DNA from: Longimicrobiales bacterium
Lineage (GTDB): Bacteria; Gemmatimonadota; Gemmatimonadetes; Longimicrobiales; Gaopeijiaceae
NCBI GenBank assembly: GCA_965204735.1
Contig: OZ242008.1
Span: forward strand, 4,032,001-4,096,000
Direction of reading: 5' to 3'
Length of the DNA: 64,000 nt
This document shows, piece after piece, positions 1-10,005 of this stretch. The notes under the pieces are model-generated. The model was given only the letters and a program-made list of their open reading frames with translations. It was not told the DNA's origin and made no database searches. Both the position numbers and the translations under genes were made by a program. Numbering within the stretch: the first letter of the stretch is position 1; every line of letters starts with the position of its first letter.

Positions 1-83
1 CGCCGCCCTTCCCGGCGGACGCGCCCCCGCCGGCGCTCGAGCCCGCGGCGCCTCCGCTCACCGTGTCTTCCGGGTCTTCCGGC

Positions 84-893
84 CTAGCAGTCGCCGACGA
101 AGAGCCGGTTGCGCGCGCCCCGCACCCGCTCCATTGCCTCTCGGTCGGGAGCGCCGGGGCCCCGCCGCCGCTTCGAGTCCCACTCTCCCGTCATGGGGAT
201 GACGTGGTCCAGTCGAACGTCCACCAACGCCAGCAGGTCGGCGACCCGCTCCTCGTACCTGGCGCGCACCCGGTCCTCCCGCCACACCATCAGGCTGTGG
301 GCAAAGATCCCGTAGAGCTTGTCGCCGGGCAGCAGCCAGCCGAGGGTGGTGGAAAGCATCTCCCTGGTCGCCGTCTGCAGCCGCACCGCACCCTCGCCTC
401 CCGCCCCCGCCAGCCGCCGGAACCAAGCTTCGCCGAACTGCCAGTGGTACTCCTCCTCGGCCAGCATCTTGGGAATGCGCGCGTTCGCCCGATCGAACAT
501 GCCGCCGCCGAACGCCTCCAGGGCCGTCGACAGGGCGCCGTCCACGACCACGACGGCCGCCGCGAACGCCGCCCAGTCGGCAAAGGGGCGGTCCAGCGCC
601 GGCACCGAGCAGAAGTCGGCGTCGCGGCGCATGTTCTCGACCTCGTAGGCCATCATGTCGAAGTGCTTCAGCATCGAGTAGAGCAGGCGCGAGTGGCCCC
701 ACTCGTCCTGGGCCATTGAGGACGCCGCGATTCCCGTCTCGATGGAGGGGCTTCCCAGCAGCCAGTCGCTGTAGCGGATTCCCAGCATCCGCTTCGTGTC
801 GGCCAAGGTGACGATGTGGCGTGGCAGGAACCTTGCCGCCGGACGGGTCATCCACGTGTCGGCGATCTTCTTGAAGTCGCTGCCGGCGCTCAC
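84..893 (-). CDS. PaaC-like ferritin-fold subunit of an aryl-CoA epoxidase
   Basis: C-terminal part of ORF 84..1292; GTG at 893 overlaps the upstream TGA; QDEWGH and EEEYH motifs. Confidence 0.8.
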   Translation of the reverse strand: MSAGSDFKKIADTWMTRPAARFLPRHIVTLADTKRMLGIRYSDWLLGSPSIETGIAASSMAQDEWGHSRLLYSMLKHFDMMAYEVENMRRDADFCSVPALDRPFADWAAFAAAVVVVDGALSTALEAFGGGMFDRANARIPKMLAEEEYHWQFGEAWFRRLAGAGGEGAVRLQTATREMLSTTLGWLLPGDKLYGIFAHSLMVWREDRVRARYEERVADLLALVDVRLDHVIPMTGEWDSKRRRGPGAPDREAMERVRGARNRLFVGDC

Positions 894-1279
894 TGCTCTC
901 CCTCCGAACCGCTCGCGCCCAGGCCGTGGGTGCCGGAGCCGTCGCGCCCAGGGGTGTCCGTGGGGCCTTGGAGGTCCGCGGTCTCCTCCCGCAGGAACTC
1001 TCTCCCCGAACCTCGGCTTCCCCAGGGGCCGTCGTCCCGGTTGACGGGAAGGATCGCGCTTCTTGGAACCACGCACATCTCGAACCAGGTCTCCTCGTCG
1101 TAGGTCTTCCAGGCGTAGACTCTGGCCAGCGCGTCCCCCGGGGCGTCCACGTAGCCGACGTGGCGCAAGGGCTCGCCTCGCTTCTTGCGGGCGAAGACGT
1201 CGTACACGCCCTCGCCCAGAGCCGACCGGTCGGGCTGGTCGGGCCGATCCGCGCCCGCCCGCGCCGGCAGTGCGCTCAC
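890..1279 (-). CDS. PaaB-like small subunit
   Basis: VYDVFARKKRGEPLRHVGYVDAP...ARVYA motif; GTG 1279 overlaps the paaD-like TGA. Confidence 0.75.
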   Translation of the reverse strand: MSALPARAGADRPDQPDRSALGEGVYDVFARKKRGEPLRHVGYVDAPGDALARVYAWKTYDEETWFEMCVVPRSAILPVNRDDGPWGSRGSGREFLREETADLQGPTDTPGRDGSGTHGLGASGSEGEQ

Positions 1280-1707
1280 GCTCCCACTCCAAAGCCCTGG
1301 AGCTGCGCCCTTCCCCGCTCCGTGATCCTGCTCGTCGTCCAGGGCGGGTCCCACACCTCCCGGATCTCCACGGAGCGGACCCACGGCTCCTGCGAGACCC
1401 GGTCCCGCACGTCTTCCTTGATGAAGTCCATGCACGGACACGCGGTGGCGGTGAAGGTCAGGTCGATCCGGGCCGTTCCCCCCTCGAACTCCACCCCGTA
1501 GACCAGCCCCAGGTCCACCAGCGAGATCGGCAGCTCCGGGTCCAAGACCTCGCAAAGCGCCGCGCGCACGGCGCCGGCCCCGTCCAGCGGCGCCTCGTCC
1601 AGCGGCGCCGACCACTGGTCCCGTCCCCCCGACGCCCTGGGCCAAGCCCCCGGGTGCTCGGCGCGAAGGGCCGTGAGGGAGCGTCGGCCGGCGGCTAGCC
1701 CAGCCAC
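1276..1707 (-). CDS. PaaD-like / DUF59 metal-sulfur cluster assembly factor (start uncertain)
   Basis: VLDPELPISLVDLGLVY...TFTATACPC...WDPPWT. Confidence 0.8.
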   Translation of the reverse strand: MAGLAAGRRSLTALRAEHPGAWPRASGGRDQWSAPLDEAPLDGAGAVRAALCEVLDPELPISLVDLGLVYGVEFEGGTARIDLTFTATACPCMDFIKEDVRDRVSQEPWVRSVEIREVWDPPWTTSRITERGRAQLQGFGVGA

Positions 1708-2687
1708 GACTCCACCGTCCCCCGGGAACGCCGAATCGACTCCACGTAGACCTCGTTCATCGGTCCGCGGCCCTTCCACCGCTCGAAGACCTGGTTCCAG
1801 CTGATCTCGCCGTCGGCGAAGAGCCACTGCTTGGCGTCGGGGTCGTACTCGCAGGGGAAGGGGTAGTCCAGCACGTATTCGTCGAGCCGCTCGGAGTAGC
1901 GGGCGGGGACGGACAGCCCCAGCTCCTCGCAGAGGGGGACCGTGGACGACATCCACACCTGCCGCAGCTCGTCGTTGGTCAGCCCCTTGAGCCGGTACTC
2001 CAGCTGCCCGCTGTGCCGCTTCATGTGGTCCGGCAGACCGAACCACTCGACGGTCATGGGGAACATCCAGTCCACGCACCGCTGGAGGAGCTCGGTGGCC
2101 ACTCCTCCGGCCTTGGAGATCCGGCGCATCCAGACTTCGCCGTGGCGCAGGTGAAAGGTCTCCTCCATGTCCACCTTCGCCAGGGCCCGCTTCAGGGGGC
2201 CGTAGGACGTGTTCCGGTGCACGTCTCCCAGCAGCGTGATCCCCGCCCGGTCGAAGAAGCCGTTGGCCACCACGAGCTCGGCCCAGTTGTCCAGCGGCTG
2301 GTCGAAGCCGTAGGGGTGCTTGAACTCGTGGGGCTCCCGTCCGTAGACCAGCTGCGACTTGGACTCGCCCAGGTCCTCCAGCAGCCGGTAGGCGATGTTG
2401 GCGTGCGCCAGCTCGTCCTGAATGATGGCGTGGGCGCTCACCTGGGTGTTCGTGGACGGCGCGTGGCGGGCTGCGCGCCAGTAGGCCGGGGCGCTCATCA
2501 GCTCCGTGTCCGCCTGGACGGTGAGCTGCACCTTCAGGGCCTTCAGGTACCCCGGCGTCATCTCGTCGGGCGACTCGACGATGTGGCCGTCCTGGACCTT
2601 GGCCTTCAGGGCTTGGTCGGCCTTGAGCGCCTTGGCCCTCCGCTCCTCTTCGCTCCAGCCGTCGGATTCCACGTACATGTCTGCCAT
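1695..2687 (-). CDS. PaaA-like diiron oxygenase subunit
   Basis: ADTE, QDELAH, FFDRAG, EETFH diiron ligand pattern; TSYGPL motif; GGAGG before ATG. Confidence 0.85.
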   Translation of the reverse strand: MADMYVESDGWSEEERRAKALKADQALKAKVQDGHIVESPDEMTPGYLKALKVQLTVQADTELMSAPAYWRAARHAPSTNTQVSAHAIIQDELAHANIAYRLLEDLGESKSQLVYGREPHEFKHPYGFDQPLDNWAELVVANGFFDRAGITLLGDVHRNTSYGPLKRALAKVDMEETFHLRHGEVWMRRISKAGGVATELLQRCVDWMFPMTVEWFGLPDHMKRHSGQLEYRLKGLTNDELRQVWMSSTVPLCEELGLSVPARYSERLDEYVLDYPFPCEYDPDAKQWLFADGEISWNQVFERWKGRGPMNEVYVESIRRSRGTVESWLG

Positions 2688-2715
2688 TGGCCTCCCCCTT
2701 CCGGCGCCTGGGCCG

Positions 2716-3015
2716 TCAAATCCCCAGCGACGACCGGATCAGCGGACTGATCCGCTCCGGCGTCCAGGGCGGGTCGAACGTCAGCTCGACCTGGGCGTCC
2801 TCCACTCCATCCACTCCGGCGACCGCCTCCCGAGCCTCCTCCAGAATCTGGCCCGCCGCCGGGCACATGGGCGTGGTCAGGGAGATCGTCACCTTGGCGG
2901 CCGACTCCTCGACCTCGATGTCGTAGACCAGCCCCAGAACCACCAGGTTCAGGTTCAGCTCCGGGTCCTTCACGGCCTTCAGGGCGTCGCGGACGGCTTT
3001 CTCGGTGACTGGCAC
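2716..3015 (-). CDS. DUF59/SufT-like Fe-S cluster assembly protein
   Basis: VKDPELNLNLVVLGLVY...LTTPMCP...FDPPWTPER. Confidence 0.85.
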   Translation of the reverse strand: MPVTEKAVRDALKAVKDPELNLNLVVLGLVYDIEVEESAAKVTISLTTPMCPAAGQILEEAREAVAGVDGVEDAQVELTFDPPWTPERISPLIRSSLGI

Positions 3016-3082
3016 GTGGCGGGGCTCCAGCCGTGGGCCGATCTTGCGTTCTGGTCGTCCCCGAATATAGCGAGACGAGATC

Positions 3083-4162
3083 ATGCGGACAGCGATCAAC
3101 ACGGGCGGCGGCGACGCGCCGGGGCTGAACGCGGTAGTGCGGTCGGCTGTGCTGGCGGCGGAGCGCCGAGGCTGGGACGTGGTGGGAATCCGGCAGGGGT
3201 ACGACGGCCTCTTCATGGAGGGCGGGATCGTGCCTCTGGACGCTGCCGCGGTCAGGGGGATCGCTCACCGGGGCGGGACGATCCTCGGCTCCACCAACCG
3301 GGGCAACCCCTTTTCGTTCCCCGTCGAGGCGGAGGACGGCGCCGTGGCGATGGTGGACCGCTCCGGCGACGTGCTTCAGCGGATGGAAGAGCTCGGAATC
3401 GACTGCCTGATCGCCGTGGGGGGCGACGGCTCGCTGCGGATCGCCGGCGAGCTGGCCGAGAAGGGCATGAACGTGGTCGGCGTTCCCAAGACGATCGACA
3501 ACGACCTGGACGCGACGGCCGTCACCTTCGGCTTCCACACCGCCGTCCAGACCGCCACCGACGCGATCGACAAGCTCCACTCCACCGCCGAGGCCCATCG
3601 CCGGGTCATGGTGGTGGAGCTCATGGGACGCCACGCCGGCTGGATCGCTCTCTTCGCTGGGTTTGCCGCCACCGCCGACGTGATCCTGATCCCCGAGCTT
3701 CCGTACGATCTGGCCAAGGTCGCGGCGAAGATCGAGTCGCGCTGGGCCAGGGGACGGGAGTTCGCCATCGTCGTGGTGGCCGAGGGGGCGGCGCCGAAGG
3801 GCGGCGAGGTCTCCTACCTGGACGAGCCCGGGGCCGGACGGGGGCGAAGGCTGGGCGGTGCCGGGAAGCGCGTCGCCCGGGGGCTGGAGGCCCTGACGGG
3901 GAAGGAGACCCGAAGCTTGGTGCTGGGGCACCTCCAGCGGGGCGGCCGACCGATCGCCTACGACAGGATCCTCTCGTTGCGGTTCGGGGCGGCGGCGGTC
4001 GAGTTCGCGGAGCAGGGACTCTTCGGGCGCGTGGTGGCGCTGGACCCGCCGCACATGCGCGCCGTGCCGCTGGCGGAAGCGGTCCGCAAGCGCAAGACGG
4101 TTCCCACGGACTGGGACATGGTGCGCGCCGCCCGGGCGATGGGCGTGTCGTTCGGGGATTGA
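3083..4162 (+). CDS. pfkA: 6-phosphofructokinase (PfkA family)
   Basis: TGGGDAPGLNA, GGTILGS, GGDGS, PKTIDND, MGRHAGW, LGHLQRGG. Confidence 0.95.
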   Translation: MRTAINTGGGDAPGLNAVVRSAVLAAERRGWDVVGIRQGYDGLFMEGGIVPLDAAAVRGIAHRGGTILGSTNRGNPFSFPVEAEDGAVAMVDRSGDVLQRMEELGIDCLIAVGGDGSLRIAGELAEKGMNVVGVPKTIDNDLDATAVTFGFHTAVQTATDAIDKLHSTAEAHRRVMVVELMGRHAGWIALFAGFAATADVILIPELPYDLAKVAAKIESRWARGREFAIVVVAEGAAPKGGEVSYLDEPGAGRGRRLGGAGKRVARGLEALTGKETRSLVLGHLQRGGRPIAYDRILSLRFGAAAVEFAEQGLFGRVVALDPPHMRAVPLAEAVRKRKTVPTDWDMVRAARAMGVSFGD

Positions 4163-4217
4163 CCGACCGCCCGGCGGGCGACCAAACGGAGGGAACCTTT
4201 TCGACCGACAGCGGGTA

Positions 4218-5084
4218 TTGACCTCCATGAACAAGACTTCGACCGGACGCAGGGCTTGGCAGTCCTGGGCGCGGCTGCCTCTTCTGACGGCCAGTGCGCT
4301 GACGGGCGCGGTGGCGCTGGGGAGCGGCTTGCCTTCGGGGGCGGCGCTGGCGGCTCAGGAGTCGGAGGGCCGGGCGCCTCCCGACACGGCTTCCGCGGCC
4401 GATGCGCGCCCGACGGCCGACACCGCGCTCCATCTCGTGGTGGGGACGGCACTGGACCAGGAGACGGGGGAGCCGGTGTCGGCGGTGGTCGTCGTCCTTC
4501 CCAGCCTGGGTCGGACCACCTTCACCGACGAGCTCGGGCACTTCCGAGTCGAAGGCGTCCCCCCCGGCCGTCATCCGCTGACGATGATTCGGATCGGGTA
4601 CGAGACCTTCGACGGGTCGTTCGTCGTGGACGGCGACGAGTCGTTGGCGGTTCTGATGACGCAGGGCGCCATCCCGCTGGAGGGAATCGAGGTGAAGGTC
4701 AGGAGCCGGGAGGACCTGGAGTGGCGCGCGTCGGGAACCCGGCTGAGCGTGATCGGCCCCGTGGAGATGGAGGAGCTGTCGGAGCGCTACTTCAGCCTGG
4801 GCGACTTGTTGGCCAGTCGCCTCCTCTCCGGCGCCCGCTTCGTCCGGGGAACCGGCGGGCGAGCGGGGTGCATGCAGTCGCGTCGGGGCGTGCGCGCGCG
4901 ATGCTCGGCGGTGGTGCTGGACGGCGTGCTGCTGGCCACCGGCGCCGAGGACTGGGTCTACGACATGAGCGCCTCGAGCGTCTTCGCGATCCGGTTTGTG
5001 CGCGGTCCCGAGGCAGGGTTCCGGTATGGCGCGTCCGGCGGGTCCGGGGTGCTGATCGTGGAGACGCGGTCCGGGCGTCGGTAG
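4218..5084 (+). CDS. Exported protein with carboxypeptidase-regulatory-like domain and TonB-plug-like C-terminus
   Basis: signal peptide; TDELGHFRVEGVPPG..IGYE; YGASGGSGVLIVETR; alternative ATG at 4227. Confidence 0.75.
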   Translation: MTSMNKTSTGRRAWQSWARLPLLTASALTGAVALGSGLPSGAALAAQESEGRAPPDTASAADARPTADTALHLVVGTALDQETGEPVSAVVVVLPSLGRTTFTDELGHFRVEGVPPGRHPLTMIRIGYETFDGSFVVDGDESLAVLMTQGAIPLEGIEVKVRSREDLEWRASGTRLSVIGPVEMEELSERYFSLGDLLASRLLSGARFVRGTGGRAGCMQSRRGVRARCSAVVLDGVLLATGAEDWVYDMSASSVFAIRFVRGPEAGFRYGASGGSGVLIVETRSGRR

Positions 5085-5166
5085 TAGTCCGAGGCGAATC
5101 GTTCGAGACCGCGTTCGGCCGCCATCCGACCATGATCAGAAAGGACTTTCTGCTGCCGGGGCTCGC

Positions 5167-7125
5167 GTGATGGACAACCCGCTGCAAGCGTCTCTTGCCG
5201 AGCTGACCGCCGTGCAACGCCAGGCCGTCGATTGGGAAGATGGTCCGTTGCTCGTGCTGGCGGGACCGGGCTCCGGCAAGACCCGCGTCCTCGCTTGCCG
5301 AATCGCCCGCCTGCTGGACTCGTCGCCGGATCGACGCTTTCGCATCCTTGCCCTGACGTTCACCAACAAGGCGGCGAACGAGATGGCAGGCCGCGTGAGT
5401 GCTCTCGTGCCAGGGCTGGAAGGACGCACCAACATTGGAACCTTCCACGGTTTCTGTGCGCAGGTCCTCCGGCAGCACGGCGTGCACCTGGGGATCAAGT
5501 CGGACTTCGCGATCTATTCGCAGACCAAGGACCGACAGGCGGTGCTGGAAGACGCGCTCGGCCGCGATTCCGCGCAGGATTGGAGCCACGGGTACCCTCG
5601 ACTTCTACCCTTGATCGACTACCTCAAGACTCGGCTTGTGGAGCCCGATTCGGCGGAGCGATACGTTGGAGCGCTGAACGGCTCGGTGGCCGCAAACGCG
5701 AGTCGGATCGCGCGGGCCTACCGTCTATACGAGGAAGAGCTTCGGTACATCAACGCACTCGACTTCAACTCGCTCATTCTGGATGCGTACCGGCTGTTTT
5801 CCTATCCGGCCATGGCCGACCAATACCGGAGGACGTACCGGTACTGGCTGATCGATGAATTTCAAGACACCAACAGCGCTCAATACAAGCTGCTGCGACG
5901 AATGGCCGGTCAGGATTTCCGCGACGTCTTTGCGGTAGCCGACGACGACCAGACGATCTTCGAGTGGAACGGAGCGAACGTCCAGAGGATCAGCAATCTC
6001 GTGGAAGACTTCTCCTGTCACGTTGTGCAACTGCCAACGAACTTCCGCTGTCCACCGCTCATCGTCGAGGCTGCAAACCGCCTGGTCGTGTACAACTCGC
6101 GCCGCATAGCGTCGAAGCAACTCGCCAAGCCAGCCCGGGTGCCGGGCAGATCACTGCCCTCTGGCGAAGACCAGATTCGGTGCCGCGAGTTCGACACGAA
6201 CGAGGACGAGGTTGCCGGCATTGCGGAAGAAATCGCATGCCTGGATGCTGCGGCCCGCAGCGGAACTGCCGTGCTGGCCAGAACCCGATTCCTCCTCGAG
6301 GCGATGTACGAGGCCTTGATTGACAAGGGTGTCTCCGCGACGATCATGATGCGCCGCGACGACTTCCTGTCTCCGCAGATGCGCTGGTTCGTCGCCTGCC
6401 TGAAGCAGATCGCTCGTCCGCTTGACCGACGCAACATGGCCGTGCTGGTCGAGGCGTTCGGCAGGTTCGCGCCTTCGTCCGTGGATTGGGACGAACTCGT
6501 GTCGCGGTCGGAATCCGACAGGGTTGCTTGCTTCAAGGTGTGGACGGATGCGGTGCGCGGAGTCGGCACGCCGGACCCTGTCGCCGACATGGTGAACGCA
6601 GTTGCCGATCTCTCCGCCGGAAAGCTCAAGCTCACTGCCGCGATTGAACAGATCCTCGGCCACTTCGACAACAACGATCTGGACGACGAGCTCAAGGACG
6701 ACATTAGCGCATGGCGCAGGATTCAACGTGATATCAAGGCCGCGCAGGGCTTCGCATCGCTCGATCGGTTCTTGCAGGAACTTCAACTGCGATCCAAGGA
6801 ACCAGCGCCGACCCCGGGAACGGTGTCGCTGACTACTATTCACGGCGCCAAGGGGCTGGAGTTCGAGACGGTGTACCTGATCGGGATGGCAGAAGAGATA
6901 CTGCCGTCCTGGCACAGCTTGAAGAAGGCCAACGGCAGCGCGGCGCTGGAAGAGGAGCGCCGCGGGTGCTTCGTCGCCGTCACGCGCACCGGCAAGCGCC
7001 TTATCTTGTCGCGGGCTCGACACTACCGGGGATGGCCAAAGGAGCCCTCCCGATTCCTCGAGGAGATGGGCTGCCTCGAGAGCGAGGCTGCCGGCAGCAG
7101 CTGGCGAGGGATCGGGCGACAGTAG
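5167..7125 (+). CDS. UvrD/Rep-family ATP-dependent helicase (copy 1)
   Basis: LAGPGSGKT, TFTNKAA, IDEFQD, TIHGAKGLEF, EEERR; visibly lower GC than flanks. Confidence 0.93.
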   Translation: MMDNPLQASLAELTAVQRQAVDWEDGPLLVLAGPGSGKTRVLACRIARLLDSSPDRRFRILALTFTNKAANEMAGRVSALVPGLEGRTNIGTFHGFCAQVLRQHGVHLGIKSDFAIYSQTKDRQAVLEDALGRDSAQDWSHGYPRLLPLIDYLKTRLVEPDSAERYVGALNGSVAANASRIARAYRLYEEELRYINALDFNSLILDAYRLFSYPAMADQYRRTYRYWLIDEFQDTNSAQYKLLRRMAGQDFRDVFAVADDDQTIFEWNGANVQRISNLVEDFSCHVVQLPTNFRCPPLIVEAANRLVVYNSRRIASKQLAKPARVPGRSLPSGEDQIRCREFDTNEDEVAGIAEEIACLDAAARSGTAVLARTRFLLEAMYEALIDKGVSATIMMRRDDFLSPQMRWFVACLKQIARPLDRRNMAVLVEAFGRFAPSSVDWDELVSRSESDRVACFKVWTDAVRGVGTPDPVADMVNAVADLSAGKLKLTAAIEQILGHFDNNDLDDELKDDISAWRRIQRDIKAAQGFASLDRFLQELQLRSKEPAPTPGTVSLTTIHGAKGLEFETVYLIGMAEEILPSWHSLKKANGSAALEEERRGCFVAVTRTGKRLILSRARHYRGWPKEPSRFLEEMGCLESEAAGSSWRGIGRQ

Positions 7126-7156
7126 CCACGAGGCGTCTGGCCAGCCTCCGTTCGGC

Positions 7157-9937
7157 CTACGGAGCCATTGCCCGGTGCCACTCCTCGGGCTTGAGCGAGA
7201 CCAGGTTCGCGAACAGGCGGTAGGCCCCGGGCACGCCGGCGGGGAACTGCCGGAAGAACGCGATCCCGGTGTAGACGTAGAGCCCGTCGCCCACGGGCGC
7301 GACGAGAAGGCCTCCGCGCTTGGGCGCTTCTCCGGGGTCGGCGGTCTCGAGGAGGGGCACGAAGCGGTCGTCCCACTCCGACAGGAAGTAGAGGCCCCGC
7401 TCCTGCACCCAGCCGTCGAAGTCGGAAGGACCGATCGCGTTGGGCGTGGTGAACACCGGCGCGCCGGGCATGGCAATGGACACGGGGGCCGTCTCGTCGG
7501 TGACTCGATCGTGGGGACGGTCGATCCGCACCGGATAGGGCGCGAACCCGCCCTGGGAGTAGCCGTATCGGTTGTACTGCACCACGACCGTGCCGCCTTG
7601 CCGGGCGAACTCCAGCAACGACTCGTTGGCAGCGGCCAAGTCGGGCCGGGTCTCGTAGGCGCGGACGCCGAGAACGAGCGCGTCGTACTCGCCGAAGTCG
7701 CCGTCGCGAACCCGCTCGGGGCCCAGGAGGTCCACCATCGCTCCCATCTGGCGGAGCGCTTCGGGGCCTCCGTCTCCCGAGCCCATCACGTAGCCGATCC
7801 GCAACGACGGGTCGGCCACGACCGGAAACGCCGACACGACGCTCCTCGCGGGGCGCAAGAGGGCGGCGCGCCGAACGTGGGGATGGTCCACCACGTCGTA
7901 GTCGTCGTCGAAGAGGGCGCCGTGCTGATCGACCGCCACAGCCCGGAAGTCGTGGCGTCCCTCCTGCACCGGGCCGGTCGGCGCCGCTCGGAAGGCGAAC
8001 GATCCGCGCGTGCCGTCGGGCCCGGCGCCGGGTTCCAGGTCGAAGGGCGCCGACTCCGGCTCGGTCCGCCATCCGTCCGGGGCGACGACCCGCACGGACC
8101 CGAAACGGCGGGTGGACGACGTGTTGGCGATGACGACGGTGATCTCTCGGGCGTCGGCGGCCCCGACCGGCCAGACCATTACCTGCGGATGCGCTTCCAC
8201 GTCGAGGGCCGGGACGACCAGCACGGGTTCCCGGTACTCGCCCGACGCCGGATCGACCCCCACGTAGCCGCCTCCCCGGCGGACCTCGACGCGGCGCTCG
8301 GAGCCGTCGGGCGGCGCAATGGCCAGGCCGACGGCGACCTGCACGGGAGACGGATCGAACGGCCTCGCCCAGCGCGCCGGCTCGTCCGGCCACTCGTAGA
8401 GCCATCCGTTCCGTTCCTGCTCCAAGTAGTACGGCGCGGACGGGCGGGCGTCGGGCGGAATGCTCGCCGTCCAGCTCCATCGGGCGATCCCGCCGGGGGG
8501 CACGCGCCCGTCCGTCGGCGTGTCCGGCACCGTGGGGCGGAAGAAGAAGGAGCGGGACGACTCCATGGCCGATTCGGCCGTGGGCTCGGCGGTCCATCCA
8601 TCCGGCAGCGCCAGTCGGGGCGCGACGCGGCGAAGCGGCAGGGCGCCGCCGTTCCACACGACGACGTCCACCACCGCCGACTCGCCCGGGGTCAGGAAGC
8701 TCCTCCCGACCCGCGCCTCCACCACCACTCCGGCAGCGGCCAGGGCGGTCTCTCGGACGCGGGCCAAGCGCTGCTCGAGCGTTCGGCGGGCTTCGCCGGA
8801 GGGCGCCTCCTCCACCAGCGCCTCCAGGATGCCCGCCGCTTCCAGCAGTCCGGTTGCCGAGTCCTGGGTTCGCAGGGCGGTCAAGCGGCCGCGGGCGCTG
8901 GCCACGGCTTGCCGGTAGGCGTCCAGGCGCGCCTGCGAGTCTCCCGGCCACTCGGGCGGGAGGGGGTTCGGCAGCTGGCCGAACAACGTCGTGTCCACTC
9001 CGGCGAAGACGCCGTCGGCGTCGCCTTCCCCGACTCGCGACGCCAGGAGTTGCAGCGGCGCGTCCCGGGGACCCATGTACTCGGCCGATCCCATGTCCTG
9101 CGAGCGGTGCCGGCTGCGGCTCCGCATCGCCAGCTGGAAGTAGGAACGCCCCAGGACCGGATCGAACGTGCCGGTGGGCACTCGGACGGTGGCGTCGGCG
9201 CGCGAGAAGCGGGCCGAACGGTACAGCTTGGCGGGCGTCCAGGGCGTCACGCCGTGAGCCGCGAGCTCCGGGAAGCGGTTCGGATCGCCGGCCGCCTCGA
9301 ACGCCTCGAGGGCCAAGACGCCCGCCGCTTGATGGTGGCCATGGCCGTCCCGCGACGTCCCGGAAAAGATCGAGACGACCACGTGAGGCCGGAAGGAGCG
9401 CATCACGAACACCACGTCCCGCAGCACTTCGTCCATGGGCCAATGGGACAGCGTCTCCTCCAACGTCTTGGAGTAGCCGAAGTCGAAGGCCCGGCTGAAG
9501 AACTGGGCGCCGCCGTCCAGCGCGCGGGCCGCCTCGAGCTCGCCGGTGCGGATGATCCCCAGCCCCTCGTGCAGGCGGGGACCTATCAGGTTCTGGCCGC
9601 CTTCGCCGCGCGTCAGGGAGAGGTAGGCCGTTTCGGCGCCGGCGCCTCGGGCCAGCGCCGCCAGAAGGCTCGTGTCCTCGTCGTCGGGGTGCGCGGCGAT
9701 CATCAGCAGGCGCTTGACCCCGTCGAGCTGACGGAACTGGAGAGCGACCGCCGCTGCGCCGCGCTCCTCTTGCCCGGCGGCGCCATGGAGCTGCCCGGCG
9801 GCGCCAAGCCACCCTCCCGCCGCCAGCAGGCAGGCAGCGACGGTCGTCCTTCTCGCCTGCCCGCACCCGGCGCGCCTCCGCCCCGGCCTCCGGCCCAGCA
9901 AGCAGGTCGCGACGGTCGTCCTTCTCGCTTGTCTCAT
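7157..9937 (-). CDS. PIG-L/LmbE-family deacetylase with NEW3-like and GATase-like C-terminal domains
   Basis: AAHPDDE, TRGEGGQN, HGHH motifs; signal-like N-terminus; in-frame GTG at 10027 is an alternative start. Confidence 0.88.
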   Translation of the reverse strand: MRQARRTTVATCLLGRRPGRRRAGCGQARRTTVAACLLAAGGWLGAAGQLHGAAGQEERGAAAVALQFRQLDGVKRLLMIAAHPDDEDTSLLAALARGAGAETAYLSLTRGEGGQNLIGPRLHEGLGIIRTGELEAARALDGGAQFFSRAFDFGYSKTLEETLSHWPMDEVLRDVVFVMRSFRPHVVVSIFSGTSRDGHGHHQAAGVLALEAFEAAGDPNRFPELAAHGVTPWTPAKLYRSARFSRADATVRVPTGTFDPVLGRSYFQLAMRSRSRHRSQDMGSAEYMGPRDAPLQLLASRVGEGDADGVFAGVDTTLFGQLPNPLPPEWPGDSQARLDAYRQAVASARGRLTALRTQDSATGLLEAAGILEALVEEAPSGEARRTLEQRLARVRETALAAAGVVVEARVGRSFLTPGESAVVDVVVWNGGALPLRRVAPRLALPDGWTAEPTAESAMESSRSFFFRPTVPDTPTDGRVPPGGIARWSWTASIPPDARPSAPYYLEQERNGWLYEWPDEPARWARPFDPSPVQVAVGLAIAPPDGSERRVEVRRGGGYVGVDPASGEYREPVLVVPALDVEAHPQVMVWPVGAADAREITVVIANTSSTRRFGSVRVVAPDGWRTEPESAPFDLEPGAGPDGTRGSFAFRAAPTGPVQEGRHDFRAVAVDQHGALFDDDYDVVDHPHVRRAALLRPARSVVSAFPVVADPSLRIGYVMGSGDGGPEALRQMGAMVDLLGPERVRDGDFGEYDALVLGVRAYETRPDLAAANESLLEFARQGGTVVVQYNRYGYSQGGFAPYPVRIDRPHDRVTDETAPVSIAMPGAPVFTTPNAIGPSDFDGWVQERGLYFLSEWDDRFVPLLETADPGEAPKRGGLLVAPVGDGLYVYTGIAFFRQFPAGVPGAYRLFANLVSLKPEEWHRAMAP

Positions 9938-10005
9938 CTCGTCACCGCCTTTGGCCGCTTGGGCCAATGAGGTCGTGGGCCCCCCGAGTCCGGCGTCTCG
10001 CCTTG

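Noticed and set aside
1..61. Start of a further - strand gene at GTG 61
   Set aside because: Only 20 low-complexity codons are visible
2606..2719. Relay ORF from the DUF59 stop to paaA-like
   Set aside because: The TTG frame ends ~80 nt inside the next gene, which has a strong SD; a counter-example to the relay pattern
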